DNA from: Candidatus Latescibacterota bacterium
Lineage (GTDB): Bacteria > Latescibacterota > UBA2968 > GCA-2709665
Direction: 5' to 3'
Length of the DNA stretch: 64,000 bases
NCBI GenBank assembly: GCA_963662665.2
Contig: CAXXJS010000010.1
Coordinates: 160,001 to 224,000 of the forward strand
A program made the translations under genes and the position numbers. The notes beneath the pieces were generated by a model, which made no database searches, had not been told where the DNA came from, and saw only the letters and a program-made list of their open reading frames with translations. Shown here piece by piece: positions 1 through 10,365 of the stretch; the first letter of the stretch is position 1, and every line of letters starts with the position of its first letter.

Positions 1-46
1 CAACGGACTGCTAGCTCGATACGCCTGGCCACCACATCTGAACGGA

Positions 47-1267
47 ATGGAAACGATGGCACGTCTCAAGGCAGATGGATCCAACCCGACCTGGCCCGAC
101 TCCGCGGGGCATTTCGGACCCTACGGCGGGCGATATGTCCCGGAAACGCTGATGCCCTTGTTGGAGGACCTGGAGGCGGCCTACCGCAACGCGAAGGACC
201 GCCGGGATTTTCGGGAGGAACTGGACCGTTATCTCAGTGAATTTGTGGGAAGGCCCACGCCACTCTATTTTGCACAGCGACTGACCGCCGAACTGGGCGG
301 CGCCAGAATCTACCTGAAGCGGGAGGATCTCGCGCACACCGGCGCGCACAAAATCAACAATACGATGGGCCAGGTTCTGCTTGCCCGGCGGATGGGCAAG
401 ACGCGCATCATTGCGGAAACGGGTGCAGGTCAGCACGGCGTCGCGACGGCAACCGTGGCGGCAATGTTCGGTATGGACTGCGAGGTTTATATGGGCACCG
501 AAGACATGGACCGGCAGGCGTTGAACGTGTTTCGGATGCGGCTCCTGGGGGCAAAAGTGACGGGCGTGGATTCGGGAAGCAGGACTCTGAAAGATGCGAT
601 CAATGAGGCCATCCGGGATTGGGTGACGAATGTAGAGGACACCTTTTATATTTTCGGATCCGTCCTGGGACCTCATCCTTATCCGATGATCGTGCGCGAT
701 TTTCAGCGGGTAATCGGGGTGGAAACGCGCGAACAGATCCTTCAGGCCGAAGGCCGGCTACCGGACTGTCTGATTGCATGCGTAGGCGGCGGCAGCAATT
801 CGATCGGGTTGTTTCACGCCTTTTTGGAGGACTCGAAGGTTCGGATGATTGGCGTCGAAGCCGGAGGCCATGGAATCGCCTCCGGCGACCATGCGGCGCG
901 ATTCCAGGGCGGGGATCTGGGGGTGCTGCACGGAGCAAGGATTTACCTCCTGCAGGACGACGACGGGCAGATCGCGCTGACCCACTCGGTTTCCGCGGGC
1001 CTGGATTATTCGGGTGTCGGCCCCGAGCACTGTCTACTGCGGGATGCCGGCCGGATCGAGTATGTGTACGCAACGGACGACGAGGCTCTTAAGGCCTTTC
1101 AGTTGTTGAGTCGCACGGAGGGTATCATTCCCGCACTGGAAAGCGCGCACGCGATCGCTCATGTGTCCCGAACAGCGCCCGGAATGGGCAAGAATGCCGT
1201 AATCGTTGTGAATCTGTCCGGTCGCGGCGACAAAGACGTACAGCAGGCGGCTAAGTACCTGGACTAG
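47..1267 (+). CDS. trpB: tryptophan synthase beta chain
   Basis: [31 protein letters not shown] (PLP Lys), [19 protein letters not shown]. Confidence 0.98.
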   Translation: METMARLKADGSNPTWPDSAGHFGPYGGRYVPETLMPLLEDLEAAYRNAKDRRDFREELDRYLSEFVGRPTPLYFAQRLTAELGGARIYLKREDLAHTGAHKINNTMGQVLLARRMGKTRIIAETGAGQHGVATATVAAMFGMDCEVYMGTEDMDRQALNVFRMRLLGAKVTGVDSGSRTLKDAINEAIRDWVTNVEDTFYIFGSVLGPHPYPMIVRDFQRVIGVETREQILQAEGRLPDCLIACVGGGSNSIGLFHAFLEDSKVRMIGVEAGGHGIASGDHAARFQGGDLGVLHGARIYLLQDDDGQIALTHSVSAGLDYSGVGPEHCLLRDAGRIEYVYATDDEALKAFQLLSRTEGIIPALESAHAIAHVSRTAPGMGKNAVIVVNLSGRGDKDVQQAAKYLD

Positions 1268-1314
1268 CGGCCCGTCTGGTTCACCGGATCGGATCGAAGC
1301 ACGGAGTTGACCTG

Positions 1315-2127
1315 ATGACAAGGATCGGGAAACGGTTCGAAGCGTTGAGGAAAGCCCGAAAGACCGGATTCGTCGCCTATATTACGGCGGGCGATCCGGA
1401 CCTGGCAACCACCCGGAAACTTGTGCCGGAACTGGAAAGGCGCGGGGTGGACATTCTGGAGTTGGGCGTGCCGTTCTCCGATCCACTGGCGGACGGGCCG
1501 GAGATCCAGCGGGCATCGCAACGGGCCCTGCGGCACCGGGTGTCCATCAGCGATGTACTGGATCTGGTGGCCGACCTGCGTCAGGAGACCGAGATACCGA
1601 TTGTGCTGTTTACGTATTTCAATCCGATGCACCGCTATGGTCTGAAGCGGTTGGTCGACCGGGCGGCCGAAGCGGGGGTGGACGGCATTCTGGCGCTGGA
1701 TCTTCCGCCCGAGGAAGCGGCAGACTACAAGGATCTGATGTCGGAACGGGGAATGGATACGATTTTTCTGATCGCGCCTACGAGCGGTGAGGAACGCATT
1801 CGACGGATCGCGTCTCACACCAGCGGATTTGTGTATTACGTGTCGCGCACGGGCGTAACCGGGGAACGGGACAGTCTGGAGGAAACGCTTGGAGACAGGG
1901 TGGCGGCCATCCGGCGACATACCTCTCAACCCGTAGCGGTGGGATTCGGAATTTCGACGCCCGAACAGTCCCGAGAGGTTGCAGGTTATGCGGATGCGGT
2001 CGTCGTTGGCAGCGCAATCGTGCGGCGTATTGCGGAGCGGCACGGAGATCCGGACCTCGTTTCGCACATCGGGGCATTTGTCGAAGAACTGGCGCAACCG
2101 CTTAAGGGAGCATCCGATGGATCTTGA
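1315..2127 (+). CDS. trpA: tryptophan synthase alpha chain
   Basis: ELGVPFSDPLADGPEIQ, YYVSRTGVTG, VAVGFGIS, VVVGSAIV; follows trpB. Confidence 0.97.
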   Translation: MTRIGKRFEALRKARKTGFVAYITAGDPDLATTRKLVPELERRGVDILELGVPFSDPLADGPEIQRASQRALRHRVSISDVLDLVADLRQETEIPIVLFTYFNPMHRYGLKRLVDRAAEAGVDGILALDLPPEEAADYKDLMSERGMDTIFLIAPTSGEERIRRIASHTSGFVYYVSRTGVTGERDSLEETLGDRVAAIRRHTSQPVAVGFGISTPEQSREVAGYADAVVVGSAIVRRIAERHGDPDLVSHIGAFVEELAQPLKGASDGS

Positions 2128-2386
2128 CGACTGGAGGAAAGAAATCGACCTGCTGGACCAGAAACTTTTGGAGCTTCTGAATCGACGTGCCGGATGCGCC
2201 ATTGAAATTGGCAGGATTAAACGGGCAATTGAACAACCGATCTTCGTGCCGGAACGGGAGATGTCGATCCTGAACCGGATCCTTGAACTGAATATGGGGC
2301 CCATGGACGACGAGGCGGCGCGACGGATCTTTCAGCAGATTATCGATGAATCCAGGCGCCTCGCACAGGAAAACCACGAAAAATAA
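2117..2386 (+). CDS. chorismate mutase (AroQ / CM_2 type)
   Basis: MDLDDWRKEIDLLDQKLLELLNRRA...IGRIK...PERE; ATG at 2117 after GGGAG, overlapping the trpA end. Confidence 0.9.
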   Translation: MDLDDWRKEIDLLDQKLLELLNRRAGCAIEIGRIKRAIEQPIFVPEREMSILNRILELNMGPMDDEAARRIFQQIIDESRRLAQENHEK

Positions 2387-2479
2387 GCGGGGCGCGAAAC
2401 CTTATTGAATGCGTTCGTGAGCCCGGCTGAAACCGTTAACCGGATTGGCGGCCGCCCGAAAAACCGGAGGTGATGAACA

Positions 2480-3508
2480 ATGGCCTTTAATAAAAACGCA
2501 AGGCTGCCCACGCCGGAAACCGTACTGGAAAAGATGTCGCTGCCGAAAAGGCTGAAGAGGATAAAGGAGGAACGCGACGCCGAGATCAGGGAAATCTTCG
2601 AGCGGAGGAGCGATAAGTTCCTGCTGGTGATCGGCCCGTGTTCGGCGCACGATGAAGATGCCGTGTGCGAGTTCGTGTCCAGGTTGGCGAAACTCCAGGA
2701 GGCTGTCCGGGAAAGGCTGGTTCTGGTTCCCCGCATCTATACCAACAAACCGCGAACGACCGGCGAGGGGTACAAAGGCATGGGACATCAGCCGGACCCG
2801 CGGAAGGCGCCGGACATTTCCGAAGGCATCTATGCGGTCCGTCAGATGCACATCCGGGCGGTCGGGGAGTCCCACCTGACGGCTGCCGACGAAATGCTCT
2901 ACCCCGAAAACCTGCCGTACGTCGAGGATCTGCTGAGCTACATCGCCGTCGGCGCACGGTCCGTGGAGAATCAGCAACACCGATTGACCTGTAGCGGCGT
3001 TGACGTCCCCGTTGGGATGAAGAATCCGACGGGAGGAGATCTCTCGGTGATGTTGAACGCGATTCACGCCTCGCAGATACAACACGTCTTCATCTATAAC
3101 GGATGGGAGGTCAGCACCGGCGGCAATCCAATGACACACGCCGTGCTTCGCGGGGCCGTGGACGTTAACGGGCGAAGTATGCCGAACTATCATTTCGAGG
3201 ACCTTATGTACGCGGCGGCACTCTACGGTCAACGGCAGCTTGCCAATGCCACAGTCGTTGTGGATACGAATCACAACAATTCCGGCAAACAGTTCAGTGA
3301 ACAGCCCAGGATCGGGTTGGAGGTGATCCGCAGCCGGCGGAGTTCAGCGATATTGAACGACATGATCCGAGGGTTGATGGTAGAGAGTTATCTCGTTGAG
3401 GGTGCTCAGAACGTTAATGAAGGCGTGTTCGGCAAATCCATTACAGATCCTTGTCTGGGGTGGAAGGAGTCCGAGGCGTTTGTCAAAGAACTGGCTGATG
3501 GAATTTGA
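2480..3508 (+). CDS. 3-deoxy-7-phosphoheptulonate (DAHP) synthase, class I alpha
   Basis: IGPCSAH, RIYTNKPRTTGEGYKG, AVGARS, VGMKNPT, GKSITDPCLGW; GGAGG RBS. Confidence 0.95.
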   Translation: MAFNKNARLPTPETVLEKMSLPKRLKRIKEERDAEIREIFERRSDKFLLVIGPCSAHDEDAVCEFVSRLAKLQEAVRERLVLVPRIYTNKPRTTGEGYKGMGHQPDPRKAPDISEGIYAVRQMHIRAVGESHLTAADEMLYPENLPYVEDLLSYIAVGARSVENQQHRLTCSGVDVPVGMKNPTGGDLSVMLNAIHASQIQHVFIYNGWEVSTGGNPMTHAVLRGAVDVNGRSMPNYHFEDLMYAAALYGQRQLANATVVVDTNHNNSGKQFSEQPRIGLEVIRSRRSSAILNDMIRGLMVESYLVEGAQNVNEGVFGKSITDPCLGWKESEAFVKELADGI

Positions 3509-3585
3509 AGTTGTTCGGGTCAGGAATCCTGCGGCGTCCGGAATGTCATTTAAACGCTTTTGCCAGCTCTTCCGAGGATGACGGT

Positions 3586-4698
3586 ATGGCCAATGATCCT
3601 CCGTTTTCGGGTGAGACGATTGCCATTGTAGGTGTCGGTTTGATCGGCGGATCTCTTGGCGTGGCGCTCAAGGGACTGGGCATCGGGCGAAGTATCGTCG
3701 GCATCAGCAGGCAGGAGACGCTGGATGCGGCCGAGGGGTTGAATGTAATCGACACGGGCTACCGCTATGACGACCTCGAAAGGGGGATTGCCGAGGCGGC
3801 GCTGGTTTTCCTGTGTACTCCCATCGTACGTATTCTGGACCTGCTGCCAGGGGTGCTGGGGGCGGCGCGAAAAGGTGCGGTTGTGACCGACGTGGGCAGC
3901 ACAAAACACGCGATCGTTTCCACGGCGTCGGCCCACAAACGGGATGGCGTGTACTTTGTAGGCGGGCACCCGATGGCCGGGTCCGAACACCGCGGTGTGA
4001 GCGCGGCGGATCCGTTTCTGTTTCAGAACGCGATCTACGTATTGACGCCGTCGCCGGACACACCCGATTTCGTGGTCGAAAAGCTCGCAAACCTTGCAAA
4101 GGCGCTTGGAGCGAGACCCATGAGGATGGCGCCTGGGGAACACGACAGGGCGGCTGCGGCGGTGAGTCACCTGCCGCAGATGATGGCTACAAGCCTGGTT
4201 TCCATGATCGGGCGCATGACCGAGGCCGAAGGGTTGCCTATAAGGATGGCGGCGGGCGGGTTTCGGGATCTGACGCGCATTGCATCCAGCCCGTTTGAAA
4301 TGTGGCGGGATATCTGCCATACGAACGCGGATCCGATCCGTGAGATGATCGATCTGTATATCGAATCGCTCACAGCGATGCGCGGTGCAGTGGACCACGA
4401 CCGTCTCGAGCAGGCATTTGCCTATGCGAATCGCGTTCGCGGGCAGATTCCGACGGATTCCAAGGGGTTTCTGCACCCTTTGTTCGAAATTCTCCTGGTG
4501 GCGGAAGACAGGCCGGGCGTGATTGCCGACGTCGCCCTGACCCTGGCCGGGGATAACATAAACATCAACGATATCGAGGTGTTGAACGTTCGGGAGGGCG
4601 AAGGCGGCACCATCCGGATGGGGTTCGATTCACGGCCTTGCGCGGAACAGGCCGTCGACGTCCTGGAGAAGGCAGGATACAGCGTCAGGCTGAGATAG
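3586..4698 (+). CDS. tyrA: prephenate dehydrogenase with C-terminal ACT domain
   Basis: IVGVGLIGGS, TDVGSTK, GGHPMAGSE, SHLPQ, GFRDLTRIASS, ACT motif EDRPGVIA. Confidence 0.93.
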   Translation: MANDPPFSGETIAIVGVGLIGGSLGVALKGLGIGRSIVGISRQETLDAAEGLNVIDTGYRYDDLERGIAEAALVFLCTPIVRILDLLPGVLGAARKGAVVTDVGSTKHAIVSTASAHKRDGVYFVGGHPMAGSEHRGVSAADPFLFQNAIYVLTPSPDTPDFVVEKLANLAKALGARPMRMAPGEHDRAAAAVSHLPQMMATSLVSMIGRMTEAEGLPIRMAAGGFRDLTRIASSPFEMWRDICHTNADPIREMIDLYIESLTAMRGAVDHDRLEQAFAYANRVRGQIPTDSKGFLHPLFEILLVAEDRPGVIADVALTLAGDNININDIEVLNVREGEGGTIRMGFDSRPCAEQAVDVLEKAGYSVRLR

Positions 4699-4740
4699 TC
4701 GGAAGGATCAGGAACCGAAAAGAGATCGCCGTCCGTCCTT

Positions 4741-6078
4741 TTGCAGCTCAATTTTGAAGAAGGCGTGGCTTTGAAATTCGCTGCTTCCGAAATTTCCCGG
4801 AGCACGAACAGTCCTTCACCGGGGCTTGTGGGGGCGTGCGACCTCCCCGGCGATGCCAGCATATCCATTATGGCTCTTGTACTGTCGTCCGCCGCCGACG
4901 GCATCTCACGGATTCACAGATGTTCCCGGAGACGCGAAGTCGAGCGGACCGGAGAGTTGCTGGCGGATCTCGGTATTCCGGTGGCGTGGGTCGGCGAGAC
5001 CGCAACGGTTACCGGCGGCCACTTCACGGCGACGGACGACAGACTCCACGTGGGCGGGTCCCTTGTTCTGTTTTCCTGTCTCGCGGGATTGCTGTCGAAT
5101 GCGCCTTTTGTGACCAGACTCTCAGGGGTCCGAACGGATGCCCGCATCGACGGGCTTTTCAACGCACTCACCGCGTTGGGCGCACCCCTGGACATTCCGC
5201 CTGAAGAACGGACGTCGGCATGTTTCGGAGGCGGAAAGTTAACGCCCGGATCCTTCCGTGTGGGACTTCCGGATATTGCGGTGAAGTGTGGAATACTTTT
5301 GGCCGGGCTGGGTGTGGACGGGCCGGTTGAACTGCTGCAGGACACTGGTGGGGACGACAACCTGGAAGTGCTGCTGCAGGCAGCAGGATGCGAGCTGAAA
5401 AAGAGCCGGATGAAGGGCGCCCCGGGTCATCGATTGTTACTGGAAGGACCGGTACGGCTCCGTGGCGTTGCGCATGAATTGCCGGGCTGCCCGGACGCGG
5501 GGCTGTTTCTGGCTCTGGCTGCGGCCATGTTGAAACGGTCTGAGTTGACAGTAACCCATTTTGGAATGGATTCGAGAAGCCGCAGGATCGTTGACATATT
5601 ACGCCGTATGAACGTCTCAATGGAAATAGAGCAATGCAGGACGGAATCCGGTTTCCCCGTTCGACGGGCTCGGATCAGGGGGTCCGAACTGCGTGGCATA
5701 AAAGTTGCGGGCGCGCATGCCAGACGCCTCCTGGACGTGCTCCCACTCCTGGCGGTCGCGGGTGCGGTTTCGAGGGGCGAAACGATCATACGGGATGCCG
5801 GGGCGTTGAGAGACGGACCGGTAGACTGCATTTCTGTACTGGTGAAAAACCTCAGGAAAATGCAGATTCAGGTCGGGGAGATACAGGATGGGCTGGTTGT
5901 GAAAGGCGGGCAATTGCAAGGCGCCGAACTGGATGCAGCCGGCGACGTCCGTGTGTCTATGGCACTCTCGCTGGCGGCGCTGTCGAGCGAAGGAGAAACC
6001 GTTATAATGAACCCGGGGGCCGTGGACCGGATTTTTCCGGGTATCACAAATCGACTCGCTGCGTTATTGGAGTCGTAA
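4741..6078 (+). CDS. EPSP synthase (AroA)-like protein with degenerate active site (probable pseudoenzyme)
   Basis: Colinear with class II AroA over its full length (LPGDxSIS, VKxxxLLAGL, LxDxLP, GxTxIRDA, GDxRxxM) but most substrate-binding residues are replaced; start uncertain. Confidence 0.85.
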   Translation: MQLNFEEGVALKFAASEISRSTNSPSPGLVGACDLPGDASISIMALVLSSAADGISRIHRCSRRREVERTGELLADLGIPVAWVGETATVTGGHFTATDDRLHVGGSLVLFSCLAGLLSNAPFVTRLSGVRTDARIDGLFNALTALGAPLDIPPEERTSACFGGGKLTPGSFRVGLPDIAVKCGILLAGLGVDGPVELLQDTGGDDNLEVLLQAAGCELKKSRMKGAPGHRLLLEGPVRLRGVAHELPGCPDAGLFLALAAAMLKRSELTVTHFGMDSRSRRIVDILRRMNVSMEIEQCRTESGFPVRRARIRGSELRGIKVAGAHARRLLDVLPLLAVAGAVSRGETIIRDAGALRDGPVDCISVLVKNLRKMQIQVGEIQDGLVVKGGQLQGAELDAAGDVRVSMALSLAALSSEGETVIMNPGAVDRIFPGITNRLAALLES

Positions 6079-6164
6079 ATCGATTGGATGATTCTGTTGC
6101 CCGCCGCGTAAGGCAGCGGCCGCCTGAGACAGTGCGGGTCAATCATCGGAACGAGGAGAGTCTT

Positions 6165-6305
6165 ATGAGACTGGTTGTCAGGTTGTTCCTTCTGGCGTTG
6201 CTCGTGTTCTTCGGAGGCGTGATTTTCATTCGGTATACCTACAATTGTTCCTGGAAGGAGAGTTTTGCAATTGCCGACCAGTTTGTGTCGGATCTGACCC
6301 GTTAA
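6165..6305 (+). CDS. small single-pass membrane protein (46 aa), hypothetical
   Basis: GAGGAGAG RBS upstream of ATG; MRLVVRLFLLALLVFFGGVIFIRY hydrophobic N-terminus; lies inside the aro operon. Confidence 0.65.
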   Translation: MRLVVRLFLLALLVFFGGVIFIRYTYNCSWKESFAIADQFVSDLTR

Positions 6306-6364
6306 CAGTCCTTTGATAAAGTCGCTCTGCAGGCGAGGCGCTGAACAGGTTATGGGAGTCTGTT

Positions 6365-7231
6365 TTGGGAATCGTCTCAACCACGCAACTGCTTGGGGTA
6401 ATAGGCGATCCGATCGCCCATTCGTTTTCGCCGGACATGCACAATGCGGCCATAAACGTCCTTGACATAGACTACTGCTATGTAGCCTTTCACGTTTTGC
6501 CGCATAGGGTTGAATCGGCAATTCAGGGCATGCGCGCCCTGCAGATCCGGGGCTTGAACGTAACCCTTCCTCACAAGACCGCGGTAATGGCGCACCTGGA
6601 CCGGATTTCCGAAGCGGCGCTGGCCGTGGGCGCGGTGAATACGATTTCGTTCGAGGATGGTGAACTCGTCGGCCACAATACGGACATATACGGGTTGGCC
6701 ACCGCGCTGGAGCGGACGGCGGGACTCGCCGTGCTGCCGGAGCATTGCGTGATTCTCGGTGCAGGCGGCGTGGCGCGGGCGGCCGTCTATGCGCTGGCCG
6801 CGCAAAACGAGGTACGGAGGATAAGCATTCTCAATCGAACCGTTGCCCGGGCGGAGGCGCTTGCTCGAGAAATGGAGCGGATCACGGGCAAGGCTATCGA
6901 CGCAGGGGATCTGTCGATAGACACACAGACGAGGCGGTTCGCGGATGCCGGCCTGGTCGTGAACGGTACTTCGCTGGGGATGTATCCGGACCTGGAGGGC
7001 ACGCCCCTTGCGGATTCAGACGCGATACACTCACACCTGGTACTCTACGATACGGTGTTCAACCCGCTGGATACGCTGCTGATGCGGCAGTTTCGATCCG
7101 CGGGTGCGCCGGCATATGGAGGACTGGATATGCTTGTTCACCAGGGTGCGCGTTCGTTTGCCATCTGGACGGGTATCGAGCCGCCCGTCCACGTTATGAA
7201 GCAGGCGGTAATCGGCCGGTTTCGAGCGTAA
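6365..7231 (+). CDS. aroE: shikimate dehydrogenase
   Basis: GDPIAHSFSPDMHN, GLNVTLPHK, GAVNT, GHNTD, LGAGGVARA, GLDMLVHQG. Confidence 0.96.
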   Translation: MGIVSTTQLLGVIGDPIAHSFSPDMHNAAINVLDIDYCYVAFHVLPHRVESAIQGMRALQIRGLNVTLPHKTAVMAHLDRISEAALAVGAVNTISFEDGELVGHNTDIYGLATALERTAGLAVLPEHCVILGAGGVARAAVYALAAQNEVRRISILNRTVARAEALAREMERITGKAIDAGDLSIDTQTRRFADAGLVVNGTSLGMYPDLEGTPLADSDAIHSHLVLYDTVFNPLDTLLMRQFRSAGAPAYGGLDMLVHQGARSFAIWTGIEPPVHVMKQAVIGRFRA

Positions 7232-7232
7232 C

Positions 7233-7952
7233 GTGGCGGAGACCGATCTACAGGAACGCTGTGCCCGGCGAACCTTTGTGCGCCAGATGTTCGACGGCAT
7301 TGCCGGTACGTACGATCTGTTAAACCACCTGTTGAGCGCCGGCGTGGATATTCTCTGGCGGCGGTGGACAATCGACGCACTGGAATTACAGGCCGGCTGG
7401 TGGATTCTTGACCTTGCAACGGGAACCGGCGACCTCGGCCTGGAGGCGACCGCGCGTGATCCGGGGGTGCGGGTTGTGGGTGCGGACCTGTCCCTGCCGA
7501 TGCTTCGGCTTGGAAACAAAAAACTGAAAAAAAGATCCGGCCAACTGTCTCTCCTATGTGGAGACGCAGAACGGCTGCCGTTTACCGACGGGCGGTTTCA
7601 CGCTGTAACTATTGGTTTCGGCGTACGCAATTTTTCGGACCTGTCGGATGGCCTGCAGGAGATACAACGGGTTTTGCGTCCAGGGGGCCGGTTGGCAATT
7701 CTGGAGTTTTCCCGGCCCAGGTCGTTCCTGTTGCGCAGGGTCTACTTCCTTTATTTCAGATTTGTCCTGCCCGGTATCGGTCGGCTTGTTTCCCGGAATC
7801 CTCTGGCGTACCGGTATCTGTATGAATCCGTGATGCGTTTTCCGGAGGGCGAAGCATTCCAGAGGAGTCTGAGGCAAGCCGGTTTCGTCGAGACGGAAGA
7901 ACGCCGGCTGACATTCGGAATCGCCACGCTCTACCTGGCTTCAAAACCGTAG
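7233..7952 (+). CDS. menG: demethylmenaquinone / ubiquinone C-methyltransferase (MenG/UbiE)
   Basis: MFDGIAGTYDLLNHLLS, LDLATGTGD, FGVRN, LAILEFSRP, AYRYLYESV. Confidence 0.9.
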   Translation: MAETDLQERCARRTFVRQMFDGIAGTYDLLNHLLSAGVDILWRRWTIDALELQAGWWILDLATGTGDLGLEATARDPGVRVVGADLSLPMLRLGNKKLKKRSGQLSLLCGDAERLPFTDGRFHAVTIGFGVRNFSDLSDGLQEIQRVLRPGGRLAILEFSRPRSFLLRRVYFLYFRFVLPGIGRLVSRNPLAYRYLYESVMRFPEGEAFQRSLRQAGFVETEERRLTFGIATLYLASKP

Positions 7953-8081
7953 AAACGACAAAAGAAGCGCGCCGCTCGGCGCGGGCCGGGAGGGGGGTAC
8001 GATGTGGTCCTCTACGCCTCTCCGATTCAAGCTGACAGCTGATGGCTTTGTCTGAGGGATACGGGGGAGAGATCGTCCTTT

Positions 8082-9785
8082 ATGGTTAATTCCTTTACCG
8101 AAGAAATCGTATCGCAGGTGACACAAGCGACCGGCATGCACCCCGATGAGGTAAGGGCGCTTATCGAGGTACCTCCAAAACCCACGCTGGGGGACTACAC
8201 CCTTCCGTGCTTCAGACTTGCAAAATCGCTGAGAAAGCCGCCGAATCAGATCGCCGCGGATCTTGGCGAACGGGTAAGGACGGGTGGACGCATCGCCCGT
8301 GTCAGGGCCGAGGGCCCATATCTGAATTTCTTCGTTGACCAGACCGAATATGTGCGGGAGACACTTTCGGAAATTCTCGACGGGGGCGAGCAATTCGGCC
8401 GGAGCGACGAAGGCGCGGGGAAGACGGTCGTGATCGATTTTTCGTCACCTGACATCTCCAAACCATTCACCGTAGGTCACATCCGTTCCACGGCAATCGG
8501 AAATTCGCTCTGCAGGATTTACAGGACCCTTGGTTGGAACGTGCGTGGGATTAACCACCTTGGCGACTGGGGCGCCAAGCAGGGAATGAATATCGCGGCG
8601 TACAAACGCTGGGGAGATGAAAACGCAGTTCGCAGGAATCCTCCCTATGAGCTTTTTAACCTGTACGTCAGATTCAATGCCGAGTTGGAACGGGATCCGT
8701 CTCTCAGAGACGACGTGAAGGACTGGACCAGGAAGCTGGAGGCGGGCGATCCCGACGCAATCCGCCTGTGGAGCTGGTTCCGTGAGGAGACCTTGAAGGA
8801 CTTCAAGCGAATTTATGAACTGTTGGACGTGGAATTCAGCGAATACGCGGGTGAGAGCTTCTTTCACGATAAGGTGGCGCCGGTTATCGATGAACTTAAG
8901 GCGAAGCGGCTGGCCGTGGAGAGTGAGGGCGCCCTCGTGGTGATGCTGGACGATGAAGATATGCCTCCCGCCATTATTCAGACCGGCCATGATACCAGCG
9001 TTTATCTCACACGTGATCTGGCCGCGGCGATTTACCGCAAGGATACCTACGACTTCGATCGGTTGATCTACACGACCGACGCGGGACAGTCCCTGCATTT
9101 TCGCCAGCTATTCAAGGTGCTGGAACGGATGGGTTATGCCTGGGCGAAAGACTGTGTTCACGTCCCGTTCGGTATTATTGCCTTCAAAGATGGAAGGATG
9201 TCTTCGCGCAGGGGCAACGTGATTTTCCTCGAGGATGTGTTGAACCGCGCGATCGAGCTGACACGGGATATCATAGAGGATAAGAATCCGGATCTCCCCA
9301 ACAAAGAAGGGATCGCAAGGGACGTGGGCATCGGTGCGGTGGTCTACGCGGATCTCGATTCCCGCCGGATGCGGGACGTGGTGTTCGACTGGGATGAAAT
9401 CCTGAATTTCAACGGAGAAACCGGCCCCTACGTTCAATACACCCATGCCCGCTATTGCAGTGTATTGCGCAGATATGAAGGCGCCCTGCCGCCGTCCGAG
9501 GCAGACCTTTCTCTGTTAAGGGAACCGGAATCCGTGGCAGTGGTGAGGTGCCTGGAACGGTACCCGGCGCGAATCCGGAGCGCGGCCGAGGCCTGCGAGC
9601 CGTCTCTGATTGCCGGATTTCTGATCGAACTCTGTACAGAGGCGAACCGGTTTTACAACGCCCATCGTGTTATATCGGACGACCTGACCCTGACGCGGGC
9701 GCGTGTCGCTCTGGTCTATTCCATCACGGTCGTTCTTGCTGCCGGCCTTCATCTGCTGGGGTTGCGGGCGCCGGAGGAAATGTGA
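8082..9785 (+). CDS. argS: arginine--tRNA ligase
   Basis: DFSSPDISKPFTVGHIRS (HIGH-like), NHLGDWG, MSSRRG, GETGPYVQYTHAR, APEEM end. Confidence 0.96.
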   Translation: MVNSFTEEIVSQVTQATGMHPDEVRALIEVPPKPTLGDYTLPCFRLAKSLRKPPNQIAADLGERVRTGGRIARVRAEGPYLNFFVDQTEYVRETLSEILDGGEQFGRSDEGAGKTVVIDFSSPDISKPFTVGHIRSTAIGNSLCRIYRTLGWNVRGINHLGDWGAKQGMNIAAYKRWGDENAVRRNPPYELFNLYVRFNAELERDPSLRDDVKDWTRKLEAGDPDAIRLWSWFREETLKDFKRIYELLDVEFSEYAGESFFHDKVAPVIDELKAKRLAVESEGALVVMLDDEDMPPAIIQTGHDTSVYLTRDLAAAIYRKDTYDFDRLIYTTDAGQSLHFRQLFKVLERMGYAWAKDCVHVPFGIIAFKDGRMSSRRGNVIFLEDVLNRAIELTRDIIEDKNPDLPNKEGIARDVGIGAVVYADLDSRRMRDVVFDWDEILNFNGETGPYVQYTHARYCSVLRRYEGALPPSEADLSLLREPESVAVVRCLERYPARIRSAAEACEPSLIAGFLIELCTEANRFYNAHRVISDDLTLTRARVALVYSITVVLAAGLHLLGLRAPEEM

Positions 9786-10339
9786 GTCAGACCGCGCATT
9801 CTTCTCCGTTGCGGGGCAGGCAGATATTTCTGACCGGGTTCATGGCGACCGGCAAGAGCAAGATCGGGCCAATTCTGGCTGTCCGCCTGGGTCGGATATT
9901 CGTCGATACGGATGCGTTGATCGAGAACGCGGCCGGAAAGTCGATACCCCGGATCTTCGCTGAAGACGGAGAACCCGCCTTCCGTCGTATCGAGCACAGT
10001 TGCGTGGTGCGGGCGGCCGGGATGCGGGAGGCCGTGATTGCTCTGGGCGGCGGCGCGGTCACGCACGAGATGAACTGGGATACGATTCGCGCATCCGGTG
10101 TGTGCCTGTGCCTGAGGGCTTCGCCGGCGACCATCTTCGCGCGCCTGCGCAGGACAGAGGGCGAACGGCCGCTGATGGCCGGATTGAACGACGAAGACCG
10201 GATGGAAAAGATCCGGTCGATGCTGGCCGCCCGGGCCCCGTTTTACGACCGAGCGGATGCATTCGTGGAGTCGACGGAGCGCCGCACGCCGGAAGAGACC
10301 GTTGAACTGGCAGTATCGGCATTGAAATCCTTGAACTGA
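9782..10339 (+). CDS. aroK: shikimate kinase
   Basis: IFLTGFMATGKS P-loop, DTD, GEPAFR, ALGGGAV, RPL; GTG overlaps the argS stop. Confidence 0.94.
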   Translation: MSQTAHSSPLRGRQIFLTGFMATGKSKIGPILAVRLGRIFVDTDALIENAAGKSIPRIFAEDGEPAFRRIEHSCVVRAAGMREAVIALGGGAVTHEMNWDTIRASGVCLCLRASPATIFARLRRTEGERPLMAGLNDEDRMEKIRSMLAARAPFYDRADAFVESTERRTPEETVELAVSALKSLN

Positions 10340-10365
10340 AATAGCGGTTTGGAAGGCAAATTCGT

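Noticed and set aside
7953-8081. T-box or riboswitch upstream of argS (also checked upstream of cysS and guaB)
   Set aside because: No T-box AAGGTGGTACC/UGGN-ACC motif, GA motif or purine-aptamer core was visible.
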